Part shown: positions 8,653 through 19,207 of the stretch, piece after piece
Layout of the letters: each line of letters starts with the position of its first letter
Position numbering within the stretch: position 1 is the stretch's first letter
Origin: an uncultured Verrucomicrobiota bacterium
Lineage (GTDB): Bacteria; Verrucomicrobiota; Verrucomicrobiia; Limisphaerales; UBA8199
DNA length: 64,000 nt
Reading direction: 5' to 3'
Assembly: GCA_903873945.1 (NCBI GenBank)
Contig: CAIQQM010000227.1
Coordinates: 781-64,780, forward strand
Position numbers and translations under genes: made by a program
The notes under the pieces: generated by a model
What the model was told of the DNA's origin: nothing
The model's database searches: none
The model's input: the letters and a program-made list of their open reading frames with translations, nothing else

Positions 8653-10269
8653 TTGATGACCAGGCAAGACCGGTGCGTGCTTGGCGTTATCGCATTGGTA
8701 TTCATGGCTGCAGCCGCTTACCCACTTTGGCGGGCGAGGAAGCCGGTTTGTGCCGAGGTGGTTCAAACGATCAAGATGATGGACTATGGGTTCGTGGCGC
8801 GGCGCGGCGCCGTTGTCCTGCCGGGTCTCTCGCAAGGCCGGTTGGCACACCCGGAGGCGTTTAACTACACCCATCATCCGTATTTGGGATATTGCTGGAT
8901 TTTTGCGGCAATCTACGGCCTCGTTGGCCCCACCGGCATTGTGGCTTTCTCAGCTGCGGTGGCCTTGTTCAACAGCCTTCTGAGTTACCGGGTTTTCCGG
9001 TATTGGTTTGATGTGGGGCCCGCGGCGGTGGCCGCCATCCTTTATGCTTTGGCGCCCTGTTTCCAGGTATATGCCTCTGAGCCAAGCAATTTCAACCTTG
9101 CGAACCTGGCTTGGCCAATAGGCACATTGCTTTTCATGCGACGTTCGGAAAGTGGCAGCCCGCAGACGGGAAGAGGTGTATGGACCGCCCTCTTCGCACT
9201 GCTTGCGGTTCAAGTGTCCTGGTTCACTCTTACGCTGTTTCCCACATTCCTTGCCATGAGTGCCGTGCCTGAGGCCAACCTCAAGAAGACGGTGTGTGCC
9301 AGCGCTTGCAGTCGGGTCTGGCGAGCTCTGGTCATCGGCGGGGCCTTGGGGCTCCTCCTGTTTGTGGCGCAGGTTGTGGTTTATTCCCCCTCCCTGATGG
9401 AGCCGCTTCGTTATGCGGGAAGCCTGGCCCGGCCGGGGCAGGCGGGATTTGCGCCGGACCGCGTCAGGATGCTCGGAGCCCTTTCTGCCCGGGCCGTTGT
9501 GCTGGCCGGACCGCTGCTGTGGCTTGGGCTTCCTCTCGGATTTTACCTTACGCTTAAGCGGAGGCTTGGGCTTCCACTAGTAGCGCCAATGTTTCTCTAC
9601 CTGGCCGTCTGGGCGGGGTTGGCGCTGTCGCTCCCATTGAAATTTGCCACAGACGCGTGGGGCTTTCTGTGCCTGCTTTTCCCGCTGGCATTTATCACGG
9701 CAGCCGCTTTTCAGCGGGTGCAATCCAAATCTCTGTACGTAGTGGCGCTCGCGCTGACAATCCCGTGTTTTGTTTACGCCCAGGTCCGGGCTTCGATACC
9801 CACCAGGTCGAAGGCAACCGAGATAATCGGGAGCTACTTGAAGCGGGTTACCCGCCCCGAGGACCTGGTGCTTACGAATCTCAAGGGGGGTAGTTATCCT
9901 TTTCCCGCCTGGGATTTCGCCGCGCCCGGGAGTGTCGCTGTACTGGCAGACCGGTTGGTTCGCCAGGGGATCCAAACCGACAACGATGTCATTCGCGAAC
10001 GGCAGACATTTGCCGGTCAGGGCCTGCGGTTTCTCTACTTGCGCCTGGTCGCGGGGGAGATTTCTCAGGACCTTAGCGACAAACTGGTCAGCCAGGGACG
10101 CTTGCTTGACCAGACCAAACTTGATGCGGGAACTGAGCCTGAGTCGCCAGGAGGCCGCCTGCGATCCTTCTACTGGAAGGCTCAGAGCAGGACTGTGGAG
10201 TCGCGCTCAGGGACCGACCGCGGATCGCGTGCCGCGCAGGCGGAGCTTGAGCTGTACGAGTTGAAATGA
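8653..10269 (+). CDS. Polytopic integral membrane protein, possible GT-C-type glycosyltransferase
   Basis: 538-aa ORF with at least 10 hydrophobic segments followed by a ~170-aa soluble C-terminal domain. No family-specific motif recognised. The GT-C idea rests on architecture and neighbourhood only. Confidence 0.5.
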   Translation: MMTRQDRCVLGVIALVFMAAAAYPLWRARKPVCAEVVQTIKMMDYGFVARRGAVVLPGLSQGRLAHPEAFNYTHHPYLGYCWIFAAIYGLVGPTGIVAFSAAVALFNSLLSYRVFRYWFDVGPAAVAAILYALAPCFQVYASEPSNFNLANLAWPIGTLLFMRRSESGSPQTGRGVWTALFALLAVQVSWFTLTLFPTFLAMSAVPEANLKKTVCASACSRVWRALVIGGALGLLLFVAQVVVYSPSLMEPLRYAGSLARPGQAGFAPDRVRMLGALSARAVVLAGPLLWLGLPLGFYLTLKRRLGLPLVAPMFLYLAVWAGLALSLPLKFATDAWGFLCLLFPLAFITAAAFQRVQSKSLYVVALALTIPCFVYAQVRASIPTRSKATEIIGSYLKRVTRPEDLVLTNLKGGSYPFPAWDFAAPGSVAVLADRLVRQGIQTDNDVIRERQTFAGQGLRFLYLRLVAGEISQDLSDKLVSQGRLLDQTKLDAGTEPESPGGRLRSFYWKAQSRTVESRSGTDRGSRAAQAELELYELK

Positions 10270-10668
10270 CGGGTCTGACTGACTGCCTTTAACCATGTCC
10301 CACGCCGAACTCAAAGCGCCGGGGGCACATGACCCCTGTAGCGTCGAACTCCCTTTGGGCGCGATCCAGTTTTCTGTGGGCGGGTCTCCGATATGGAATA
10401 AGGCTCCTCCTGGCAAAGCTAACAGCGTTCGTTCTGGCAGGGGCTCTTGATAAGGTCCATCGCCGGGCCAAGGATCAACCGGCGCAACGCACGCCGGAGG
10501 CGTTGGATGGGCCGGGAGATCGAGCAAGCAATCGGCCGGGCTGTCAGGGGCGAGCTAACGCCGAGGCCTGCCCAGGCTATTTTCGCGGACGTGCAAACCG
10601 AGCCGAATTCGATAAAATCCGGCAAACGCGTCCATGATCCGTAGTCTTGCGGTCCCATTTCCGCTTTT

Positions 10669-13032
10669 TCAACTTCCGCTTTCTGTTTTGGCAGTTAACG
10701 GGTTTTTCGCCTTGAACCACACAACGGCGGAAAGAACCCCCATTACTCCCAAAGCAACGCCGCCTGATGCGATTCCCGGCCGCAAATATACGGGCTCATA
10801 ACGCAAAACCAACTGCTGATTTCCAGGAGGAATTCTAAGTTTCGAGAAAAAGGGGTCCGTTCGCCGGATCGCAACTTTCGCCGAGCCAATTCGCGCCGAC
10901 CAGCCGGGATAATATGTGTCCGTCCTCAGCAATTCGGCTTCGTCACCTGCGCCGAAGGACAGGCAGATTTCATTAAGCGATTCTTTCGTGATTTTCAAAG
11001 TCCGCGCCGACGGCTTGAGCCATTGAAAGCGCGCCGAACCCGGAGTGGGATTTTTCCTCAATTCTCCCGTCGGCGCTTGCGCGGGGCTTTCGTAAATGTA
11101 ATCCGCAGTCTGCGGCAGCCACCGCTCATGTTCGGCGGGCGATAGAAGGGCAAAGCTTTTCGGTTGCAACGATGAATAACCGGCGACGTTATGCACGCCA
11201 AAAAGATGGCTGATGCTGTACGGATAAAGCCGCTCAAAAGACTCGCTCCCGGCTTCCTCCAGGCGTCCGTGCTCCGCGTTCACGATGTTGGCAACGCGCC
11301 GTTGCTCCGTGCCATCCGCCAACAACCGCTGCCAAAGAACCAATGGCTGCACCGGGACGGAGCGATGGGTGAACAGCACTACCGGCACGAAATTAAGCGC
11401 GAGCAACCCCGGCAACATCCAGCGGCGGCGACGAATCGCCGGGTAAAAACACGCGCCGGCGAAAGCCATTAGCCCCAGGGACGCGATGACCGTTTCTGGA
11501 TTTTTAAACGACACCTCATTCGCAAAATTGTTTATTTGAAAGTCGCGCAGCTTATACGCTTTCCGAAAACCGGAACTCGTTTTTTCATTTTGGGCAAACA
11601 CCATCTCGCGGATTGTCGGCAGGAACTTCGGATAGATGAACAGGCCCGCCACGTTTGTTACCATCCCAACGACGATGACAAATCCCGCAGTAAACCACGC
11701 CCAGCGTTTCAGAGAGACAGTCGAAACTTGCAGTGCTTCCCATCCAACGGCGGCCAGCACGATTAACCCCAACATGCCCAAACCGGCGCTGCGCCAGTAA
11801 AGCAGCGTTGAGAGGGGCGTGCAAACGATCAAAAAATAAATTCCCACCAGCCAGAGCGCCGTCCGCTTTGCGGGCGCCAGTTCCGTTCTGCCAAGGGGCA
11901 TCCACGTCGCGAACACAGCCAGCAGCGCACCCGCCGAGCCAATGAACAAATAAAATCCGGCATTCGACGCGCCGAGCAGTTTTGCCAGGTCCAAAGTCCG
12001 GAATGTGCCCAGCGCCCACGGATAAATGGCGGACAACGCCGCCCAGCCGGCCAACTGGATTTTTTCCGCCCCCAAAAATCCCGTGCGCAGGCTGTGCGTG
12101 TAGAGTTCAATTTCATTAAGCAGAACCGGCATCGCCATCGCCGCGCCGAGCAGCAGCGACGCCGCCAATATTGCGGAAATGTCCAACCAATTTTTCCACG
12201 ACCGCGCGCCGTATCCCAGCGCCATTGCGACGGTGAACAAGACTAGGTAGGCGTGTGATTGCAGATTGCCGGAATAACAACTTCCCGCGACCCAAAATGA
12301 CGCCGCCACGATGCGCCACCAGCTTTTCTTTTGAAACCAGCCATCCCAAGCGAGCCAGAGCAGGGGATAGTAATTAAACGACGCCTGAATCCAGGGATGT
12401 CCGAAGTGGAGCGCCTGACAGCCCGCGAACTCGTAGGTCAGCGCGAGCAGAATGCACGTGCAGTCGGGAAACCGCCAATGGCGCAGGAGAAACAACATCC
12501 CCAATCCGCCGAAGATAAAATGCAAAATACGCGTCCAGTTGTAAGCCATCTCGAAGGGCAGCAGCAAATAATTCGCGACGCGAATCGGGTCGGTTCCATT
12601 GATGTGCGCTTCGGCCAGCAGCGGTCGTCCAGCCCAAGTGAACGGATCCCACCAGGGGATCTCACCGCGCCGATACGCTTCGTAGATGGTGTGTTGAATC
12701 GGCAAGTCATACGTCACCTGGTCCACGATGAATTGATTGGCTGGGATACCCGAAGAATTCGGGTCCATAAAGTGAAATTTTGCGTCCAGCGCCGGCAAAA
12801 TATCCAACGGCGCCAATAACGAGTTGCCCCACAGCCCGCCGCGAAAAACAAAAAGGCAAAGTGCCATGTTGGCCAGCAGAAACAAAAGCAAAGGCTTTTT
12901 CCAACCACGCGCCGCGCGCGTCGTTGCCGACACCAAGCTGTGAGGAGAATCTTCGGCGGTGGAATTGGACGGCATCATTGAGTTAATTGGGCTGCCAATC
13001 GCACATCCTGTCAATCGCGCACTCCATCTCAA
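10669..13032 (-). CDS. YfhO-family membrane protein (GT-C-type glycosyltransferase)
   Basis: 787-aa ORF. The N-terminal DQVTYDLPIQHTIYEAYRRGEIPWWDPFTWAGRPLLAEAH resembles the YfhO signature loop. Many TM helices and a C-terminal soluble domain plus a final TM. The true start may be the MM at ~12978. Confidence 0.65.
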   Translation of the reverse strand: MRWSARLTGCAIGSPINSMMPSNSTAEDSPHSLVSATTRAARGWKKPLLLFLLANMALCLFVFRGGLWGNSLLAPLDILPALDAKFHFMDPNSSGIPANQFIVDQVTYDLPIQHTIYEAYRRGEIPWWDPFTWAGRPLLAEAHINGTDPIRVANYLLLPFEMAYNWTRILHFIFGGLGMLFLLRHWRFPDCTCILLALTYEFAGCQALHFGHPWIQASFNYYPLLWLAWDGWFQKKSWWRIVAASFWVAGSCYSGNLQSHAYLVLFTVAMALGYGARSWKNWLDISAILAASLLLGAAMAMPVLLNEIELYTHSLRTGFLGAEKIQLAGWAALSAIYPWALGTFRTLDLAKLLGASNAGFYLFIGSAGALLAVFATWMPLGRTELAPAKRTALWLVGIYFLIVCTPLSTLLYWRSAGLGMLGLIVLAAVGWEALQVSTVSLKRWAWFTAGFVIVVGMVTNVAGLFIYPKFLPTIREMVFAQNEKTSSGFRKAYKLRDFQINNFANEVSFKNPETVIASLGLMAFAGACFYPAIRRRRWMLPGLLALNFVPVVLFTHRSVPVQPLVLWQRLLADGTEQRRVANIVNAEHGRLEEAGSESFERLYPYSISHLFGVHNVAGYSSLQPKSFALLSPAEHERWLPQTADYIYESPAQAPTGELRKNPTPGSARFQWLKPSARTLKITKESLNEICLSFGAGDEAELLRTDTYYPGWSARIGSAKVAIRRTDPFFSKLRIPPGNQQLVLRYEPVYLRPGIASGGVALGVMGVLSAVVWFKAKNPLTAKTESGS

Positions 13033-13201
13033 GGAAAATCGACTACAATTAGATTCATTTCCCCCCTGTCAATACCCATGCCATCTACCCCAGGCTCAAC
13101 GCAAAGCCGCGCAAAGTTGAGTTGCGTGGCAGCAAACGGTTTGTTAGAAACATTACTTTTGGGCAAGTGGCCCGATGAGAATTTGGGCGAATTGGCACTT
13201 C

Positions 13202-14260
13202 ATGAGCAGCATAATCGTCACGGGATCGGCCGGTCTGATTGGCTCTGAAACCTGCAAGAAATTCCACGCGGAAGGCTTCGATGTGGTCGGGATCGACAAT
13301 GACATGCGGGCGCGTTTTTTTGGCCCGGAAGCTTCCACCGCCCGCACCAGGGGCCAACTCCAAGGTTCGTTAAAGAATTATCGGCATGAGGCGCTCGATA
13401 TTCGCGACACGGCCGGGATTGAGGCGCTCTTCAAGCGGTTGGGCAGCAGTATCAAATGCGTTGTTCATACCGCGGCCCAGCCTTCTCATGATTGGGCTGC
13501 ACGCGACCCACACACCGATTTTCAGGTTAATGCCCTGGGCACCCTTAACCTGCTCGAGGCCGCTCGTCGGCATTGCCCCGGCGCGCCTTTTGTCTTTACC
13601 AGCACCAACAAGGTTTATGGCGACACCCCCAATCGCCTTCCGCTCGTCGAACTCGAGACCGCCTGGGAGATTCAGTCCACCCATCCTTATCATGCCGGCA
13701 TTGACGAAACCATGTCAGTTGACCAGACCAAGCACTCGCTTTTCGGCGCCAGCAAATTGGCCGCCGACGTGCTCGTGCAGGAATATGGCCGGTATTTTGG
13801 CATGAATACCGTCTGCTTCCGCGGCGGCTGCCTGACCGGGGCGGCCCATGCCGGCACGGAGTTGCACGGTTTCCTGGCTTACCTTATGAAATGCGCCGTG
13901 ACCGGCGCCCCATACCGTGTGTTTGGCTACAAGGGCAAGCAGGTGCGGGATAACATCCACAGCTCCGACCTCGTCAACACCTTCTGGGAGTTCTTTAAAG
14001 CCCCGCGTTCGGGTGAAGTTTACAACATGGGGGGCGGGCGGCATTCTTACTGTTCCATGTTACAGGCAATCGCGCTTTGCGAGGAAATTTCCGGCCACAA
14101 GCTGGGCTGGACTTACCTCGAGGACAATCGCATCGGAGACCATATCTGGTGGATCAGCAATGTTGCCAAATTCCAAAACCATTATCCGCATTGGCGCTAC
14201 CGTTACGATCTCCGGACCATTCTTTGTGAAATTCATGACGCGCTTAAGGCCGGCCATTGA
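13202..14260 (+). CDS. NAD-dependent epimerase/dehydratase (extended SDR)
   Basis: The ATG at 13202 gives [15 protein letters not shown] (a GxxGxxG Rossmann motif). An extended SDR catalytic YxxxK is present as [10 protein letters not shown]. Confidence 0.8.
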   Translation: MSSIIVTGSAGLIGSETCKKFHAEGFDVVGIDNDMRARFFGPEASTARTRGQLQGSLKNYRHEALDIRDTAGIEALFKRLGSSIKCVVHTAAQPSHDWAARDPHTDFQVNALGTLNLLEAARRHCPGAPFVFTSTNKVYGDTPNRLPLVELETAWEIQSTHPYHAGIDETMSVDQTKHSLFGASKLAADVLVQEYGRYFGMNTVCFRGGCLTGAAHAGTELHGFLAYLMKCAVTGAPYRVFGYKGKQVRDNIHSSDLVNTFWEFFKAPRSGEVYNMGGGRHSYCSMLQAIALCEEISGHKLGWTYLEDNRIGDHIWWISNVAKFQNHYPHWRYRYDLRTILCEIHDALKAGH

Positions 14261-14273
14261 TTATACTTCATAA

Positions 14274-15341
14274 ATGAATCTCCTGATTACCGGCATCTGC
14301 GGATTTGTCGGCAGCACTCTCGTGCGCGCACTGCGCGAGCACTCGGAAAAGCTGCAAATCTTCGGTGTGGACAACCTGTCGCGGCCTGGCAGTGAAGTGA
14401 ACCGCACGGCTCTCGGCAAGCTTGGCGTGAAGTTCATTCACGCCGACATCCGAAGCCAAACCGATCTGGCCGTGCTTCCCCCCGCTGATTGGGTGATCGA
14501 TGCGGCCGCCAATCCGAGCGTGCTTGCCGGGATCGATGGCGTGGCCAGCAGCCGCCAGGTCGTCGAGCATAATTTGCTCGGCACGATCAACCTCCTTGAA
14601 TACTGCAAGGCCCATCGCGCCGGCTTTATACTGCTCAGCACCAGCCGTGTTTATTCCATCCCGCCACTGGCCGCCCTCCCGCTCGAAGTTCATCGCCAGG
14701 CATATCGGCTCGCCCCGCATGCCATACACCCGCCCGGTCTGACCACGAACGGCGTCACTGAAAGCTTTTCAACCAACTCCCCGGTATCGCTCTACGGCAG
14801 CACCAAGCTGGCTTCCGAAACTCTGGCCCTGGAATACGGGGAGACTTTCGGCTTTCCCGTGTGGATAAACCGTTGTGGGGTGCTCGCCGGCGCCGGCCAA
14901 TTCGGAAAAGCTGACCAGGGAATTTTCTCGTTCTGGCTCCAGGCCCATCGCCAGCGGCGGCCGCTCAAGTTTATCGGTTTCTCCGGTTGCGGACACCAGG
15001 TACGGGATTGTCTGCATCCCCGCGATCTGGCTTCCTTGCTGGCGAGACAGATGAACGAGGCCAGCGATAGCCGTCGGCGGGTTCAAAACCTGGGCGGCGG
15101 CCTGGCCAACAGCATGTCCCTGGCTCAATTGCACGAATGGTGTGACGCGCGTTTTGGCCGCCATCCAGTGCAAGCAGAGCCAAGGGGACGCCCTTTCGAC
15201 ATTCCATGGTTGGTGATGGACACGACGCTTGCCACCAGCCAATGGAACTGGCGACCAGTGACAGGACTGGAGTCCATTTTGGAAGAAATCGCTGTTCATG
15301 CCGAGCAAAACCCGAATTGGCTGGAACTCTCCACTGTATGA
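14274..15341 (+). CDS. NAD-dependent epimerase/dehydratase (CDP-paratose 2-epimerase-like SDR)
   Basis: MNLLITGICGFVGSTL Rossmann motif and YGSTKLASE catalytic motif. Its stop overlaps the start of the next gene (ATGA at 15338-15341). Confidence 0.85.
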   Translation: MNLLITGICGFVGSTLVRALREHSEKLQIFGVDNLSRPGSEVNRTALGKLGVKFIHADIRSQTDLAVLPPADWVIDAAANPSVLAGIDGVASSRQVVEHNLLGTINLLEYCKAHRAGFILLSTSRVYSIPPLAALPLEVHRQAYRLAPHAIHPPGLTTNGVTESFSTNSPVSLYGSTKLASETLALEYGETFGFPVWINRCGVLAGAGQFGKADQGIFSFWLQAHRQRRPLKFIGFSGCGHQVRDCLHPRDLASLLARQMNEASDSRRRVQNLGGGLANSMSLAQLHEWCDARFGRHPVQAEPRGRPFDIPWLVMDTTLATSQWNWRPVTGLESILEEIAVHAEQNPNWLELSTV

Positions 15342-16162
15342 GTGAACCTGCCAGGAACACCGTGAAAGGCGAGGCGTTGAAGCTCCTTTCCGTTGTGATC
15401 CCGGCACGCGATGAGGAGGGGTGCATCGCCTCCACCGTCGAGCATTTGGACCTCGAATTGAGGCTCCAGAACGTGCCGCATGAAATCGTCGTCGTGGACG
15501 ATGGAAGCACCGACTCTACCTGGCGCATCCTCGATGAACTTCAGGCGAAGAACCCCAACTTGCACCCGGTTCGGAATCCCGGGCCACATGGGTTTGGCCG
15601 CGCGATACTTTGCGGGCTGGAGCGCATGCAGGGCGACGCTGTTGTCATTATGATGGCCGATGAGTCGGATGACTGCCGGGATGTGGTGCGCTATTGGACG
15701 CTGCTTAACGAGGGGTACGACTGCGTTTTCGGCAGCCGTTTCATGCCGGGCGGCGGCGTGATCGATTATCCCCGCTTCAAGCTCCTCATCAACCGCCTGG
15801 CCAACCTTTTCATAAGGCTCCTCTTTGGCTTCAAACTCAATGACACCACCAACGCCTTCAAAGCATACCGCCGTGTGGTCATTAACGGCTGTCGTCCCCT
15901 GATTGCACCGCATTTTAATCTTACCGTCGAGCTCCCCCTCAAGGCCATCGTGCGCGGCTACACCTGGACGGTCATCCCGATCACCTGGCGTAATCGCCGC
16001 ACGGGCACGGCGAAGTTGAAGATCAAGGAAATGGGCAGCCGGTATCTCTTCATTTGCCTGTACGTATGGCTGGAGAAATATTTCAGTCGCGGCGACTACA
16101 GGAAGCTCCAGGAATCCTCCAAATCGACGCGCTACGAAACAGTGCCCCCCTCCGGGAGTTAG
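15338..16162 (+). CDS. GT2 glycosyltransferase, DPM1/GtrB-like polyprenyl-phosphate sugar synthase type
   Basis: LSVVIPARDEEGCI...VVVDDGSTDST...MMADESDD (DxD-type) motifs typical of GT-A family 2, and a single C-terminal hydrophobic helix (YLFICLYVWL). Confidence 0.85.
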   Translation: MSEPARNTVKGEALKLLSVVIPARDEEGCIASTVEHLDLELRLQNVPHEIVVVDDGSTDSTWRILDELQAKNPNLHPVRNPGPHGFGRAILCGLERMQGDAVVIMMADESDDCRDVVRYWTLLNEGYDCVFGSRFMPGGGVIDYPRFKLLINRLANLFIRLLFGFKLNDTTNAFKAYRRVVINGCRPLIAPHFNLTVELPLKAIVRGYTWTVIPITWRNRRTGTAKLKIKEMGSRYLFICLYVWLEKYFSRGDYRKLQESSKSTRYETVPPSGS

Positions 16163-16190
16163 CCAAAGCGGGCAGCCGGGACAACGGGTC

Positions 16191-17315
16191 TTACTCCACG
16201 GTTTTTACATTCCCCGTGTTTCTCGCATTGGCTCGGAATTTTGGCCAGGATGTTTTCGCCAGCGGCACCCGCGCGTGAATGGCGTGGAATTCATGGTAAT
16301 GGCAAGGCACGTAAATTGTTCCGTCCCTCCCCACAGCTGGCGCCGCGTAGCCATAAATTCCCACCCAATAGTGCCATTGGTAACGCCCCGCTTCGTCGCG
16401 GACATTCAGGCTTCCGCAACGTGGCACAACACAAATCGACCCGTCGGCCAGAGCCATTGGGGATGCTTCAACCACTTCATCACACGGCTGGTCCCATTTT
16501 TTTCGTCCGTCCGCGTTGATAGCCCAAAGACCTTTGTTTACGCCCACGTAAATTGTGCCATTCAGTCCAATAACCGGCGAAGATTCCGTGACGCCACCTG
16601 TGCGAATTCGCCAGCGCAAGTTTCCGTTGGAGTCCAGCGCGTAGCAAAAACCGTCCACCGAGGTAAAATATACAGCTCCATCGGGCCCCAACGCCGGGGA
16701 GGAAACAATCGGCCCGCCAGTGGCGAATTCCCAAACCTTCCTTCCGTCCGGCGCCAGAGAGTAAAGCCTTCGATCGTGTGAGCCAAAGTAGATCCTGTCA
16801 TCCAGCCCAATCGCGGGAGAGGAGACAATCTCCCCTCCAGTCCGGAAGCGCCACTTTTGCGTCCCATCGGGGTTCAGAACGTAGAAATGCTTGTCCCAGG
16901 AGCCGAAGCAAACCGAGCCATCGGTGGCGAGGGCCGGGGAGGAGTCCACCCATCCACCAGTCTTAAATTCCCACTTTTCCCGTCCATCGGGGTTCACGGC
17001 GTAGAGTTTTCGGTCACGGCAGCCGAAATAAATTGTCCCTTCGTCACTGATGGCGGGCGCGGATCGGATCTCGAGTCCTGCCTGGAAGACCCATTTGAAC
17101 GAGCCATCAGGGTTGAGTGCGCAAAATCTGCCATCGGCGGCGCCGAAATAGATCAACCCATTTTTCCCAATTGCAGGAGAGGAGTCGCTCCACGCACCGA
17201 TGGTGCTGGACCAATCATTCGTAATGTCGTTCTGCCCGCTACTTCCGCTGGCGGCTGGCACCAGCATCAAAGTAAGGAGCAGCAGGGGAACCAATTGAGT
17301 GCAACGGTCCGGCAT
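16191..17315 (-). CDS. Secreted PQQ-like (BamB-like) beta-propeller repeat protein
   Basis: The internal ATG at 17315 gives a signal peptide (LVPLLLLTLMLVPAASG). It is followed by ~8 repeats of DG.IYFGS.D..LYALNPDG..KW.F.TGG.I.SSPAI. Confidence 0.75.
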   Translation of the reverse strand: MPDRCTQLVPLLLLTLMLVPAASGSSGQNDITNDWSSTIGAWSDSSPAIGKNGLIYFGAADGRFCALNPDGSFKWVFQAGLEIRSAPAISDEGTIYFGCRDRKLYAVNPDGREKWEFKTGGWVDSSPALATDGSVCFGSWDKHFYVLNPDGTQKWRFRTGGEIVSSPAIGLDDRIYFGSHDRRLYSLAPDGRKVWEFATGGPIVSSPALGPDGAVYFTSVDGFCYALDSNGNLRWRIRTGGVTESSPVIGLNGTIYVGVNKGLWAINADGRKKWDQPCDEVVEASPMALADGSICVVPRCGSLNVRDEAGRYQWHYWVGIYGYAAPAVGRDGTIYVPCHYHEFHAIHARVPLAKTSWPKFRANARNTGNVKTVE

Positions 17316-18004
17316 AATCTGCCGACATGACCGAGCAGAGTTATTAGAAGGAATCCCCGCCAATATTACCGAGCGCGACACGCGCTGGAAATTAGCGGGC
17401 ACAGCGAGCCCAGGCAAACGGAAAACCGCCGCATGGCGAACTGATAGTTCTCGCTTCCAGAGGATGGGCTTGGCGATGTTGTTGCTGAACAGTCCCAGCG
17501 AAAGGGCCCGCGGAAAAAATCCCGACACTCTTCAGACGGACATCGGATCTAAAAATCTTAATTCTAGCTTGTGCTGACGACCATCATTTCGACGAAGGGT
17601 TCATGGCGAAGGTCACACCTACCAGTCTGCAACACCCGCAACAGGCCGCGACAACATGATTCTTTGGCCCGCTTTCCCCAAGCGAGAGAGCCTTTTCTGA
17701 AGGAGCCCGCGGTGCCTTTCAGTAACTGGTTAAAGAAAGATTTTCCAAACCGGGTCGAATAGCGGAGGGCGGGTCAGTGGCACGGGCAGCAGGCAAACAA
17801 ACGAAAACATCCAATACGAGTCAGCCTGTCACTAAGGGGTCGTTAAATTGCCATCGCGACCGTTTTTAGCGTTGACAAATAGCGAAGATTTTCCTCAGGA
17901 TCATACATCATTTTACATGGGGACACTGTTCAAGGTGACGTTTCAACTACGCCGAACGGTGGCACCTAATGGGGCCTCCCTGATAAACTTTGTTTTTAAC
18001 GCCA

Positions 18005-19207
18005 ATGGTTGAGCAATCTATAGAAATTGGAGCCGGCGCACAGGAGGTCGGGCGCGTTGAATTAACCATTGTGATGCCTTGTCTGAATGAGGCAGAGACA
18101 CTGGCCGCCTGCATTGAGAAAGCCCGGCTGGGCATTACGCGAGCAGGAGTTCGAGGGGAAATCCTGATCGCAGATAATGGGAGCAACGATGGGTCGATTG
18201 TCATTGCAGAAAAGCTGGGGGCGAAGGTGGTCCATGTGAGGGAAAAGGGGTATGGGAGCGCACTGCGGGGAGGCATCGAGGCGGCACGGGGGGAATGGAT
18301 TATCATGGGGGATGCCGATGACAGCTACGATTTTTCGAGGATCGAGAATTTTGTCGAGAAATTTCTGGCGGGGTACGAGCTGGTGATGGGGTGCCGACTG
18401 CCGCGTGGCGGAGGCACGATTCTGCCGGGAGCCATGCCGTGGAAAAACCGCTGGCTGGGCAACCCGAGCCTGTCGTTTATCGGCCGCTTGTTATTCAAAT
18501 GCCCGGCGCGGGATTTCCACTGCGGGTTGCGTGGTTTTACGAAAGAAGCCTATGGGCGAATGGGGTTGAAGACGACGGGGATGGAATTTGCATCCGAAAT
18601 GGTAATCAAGGCGACTTTAAAATCGCTGCGCATTGCCGAGGTTCCGATCACGCTGCACCCGGACGGGCGAACGCGCGCTCCGCATTTGAAGCCCTGGCGG
18701 GACGGCTGGCGGCACCTGCGCTTCATGCTGTTGTTTTCGCCCAAGTGGCTGTTCACCTGGCCAGGGCTTGGGTTGCTGGCGGCCGGCTTGGGGATGGCGG
18801 TGCCGTTGAGCATTAGTCCGATTAAGCTTGGCCACGTGCAATTCGACACCAACACGCTGCTGGTAGCGAGCATGATGATCCTCGTGGGCTTTCAGGTCTC
18901 GTTTTTCGGGATATTCACCCAGTTGTATTGCGTCGCCCGGGGCTTGCTTCCCGAAAACCAAAAACTGACAGCCCTGTTGCGCTGGTTTTGTCTGGAACGG
19001 GGAATCATCATCGGACTGATCATGCTGGCAACCGGGCTGGGCTTCCTCGCGGCGGCGATTCTCAAATGGCGTTCGGTCGGGTTTGGCCTGATTTCCTATC
19101 CGGAGAGCCTTCGATTGGTGATTCCAGCGGTGACGTGCATCACGTTTGCGATCCAGACAGTGTTCTCGAGTTTCTTTCTGAGCATTCTCGAGCTAAAGCA
19201 CGACTGA
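18005..19207 (+). CDS. GT2 glycosyltransferase with C-terminal multi-TM domain (GtrB/AglD-like polyprenyl-phosphate sugar synthase type)
   Basis: LTIVMPCLNEAETL...IADNGSNDGS...MGDADDSYD GT-A motifs followed by ~4 TM helices. ATG at 18005; an upstream TTG at 17990 is also possible. Confidence 0.85.
   Translation: MVEQSIEIGAGAQEVGRVELTIVMPCLNEAETLAACIEKARLGITRAGVRGEILIADNGSNDGSIVIAEKLGAKVVHVREKGYGSALRGGIEAARGEWIIMGDADDSYDFSRIENFVEKFLAGYELVMGCRLPRGGGTILPGAMPWKNRWLGNPSLSFIGRLLFKCPARDFHCGLRGFTKEAYGRMGLKTTGMEFASEMVIKATLKSLRIAEVPITLHPDGRTRAPHLKPWRDGWRHLRFMLLFSPKWLFTWPGLGLLAAGLGMAVPLSISPIKLGHVQFDTNTLLVASMMILVGFQVSFFGIFTQLYCVARGLLPENQKLTALLRWFCLERGIIIGLIMLATGLGFLAAAILKWRSVGFGLISYPESLRLVIPAVTCITFAIQTVFSSFFLSILELKHD

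Noticed and set aside
10270-10668. A 400-nt gap between convergent membrane-protein genes with several overlapping 50-106-aa ORFs on both strands (for example 10295..10450 and 10447..10644).
   Set aside because: None shows a recognisable motif, signal peptide or clear start context. The mutually overlapping frames suggest chance ORFs in GC-rich DNA. It may be a decayed gene remnant, but I cannot support a call.
17872-17877. A perfect TTGACA hexamer in the divergent intergenic region between the beta-propeller and GT2 genes.
   Set aside because: There is no acceptable -10 hexamer at 16-19 nt spacing (TCAGGA at 17 nt). A single hexamer is not evidence.
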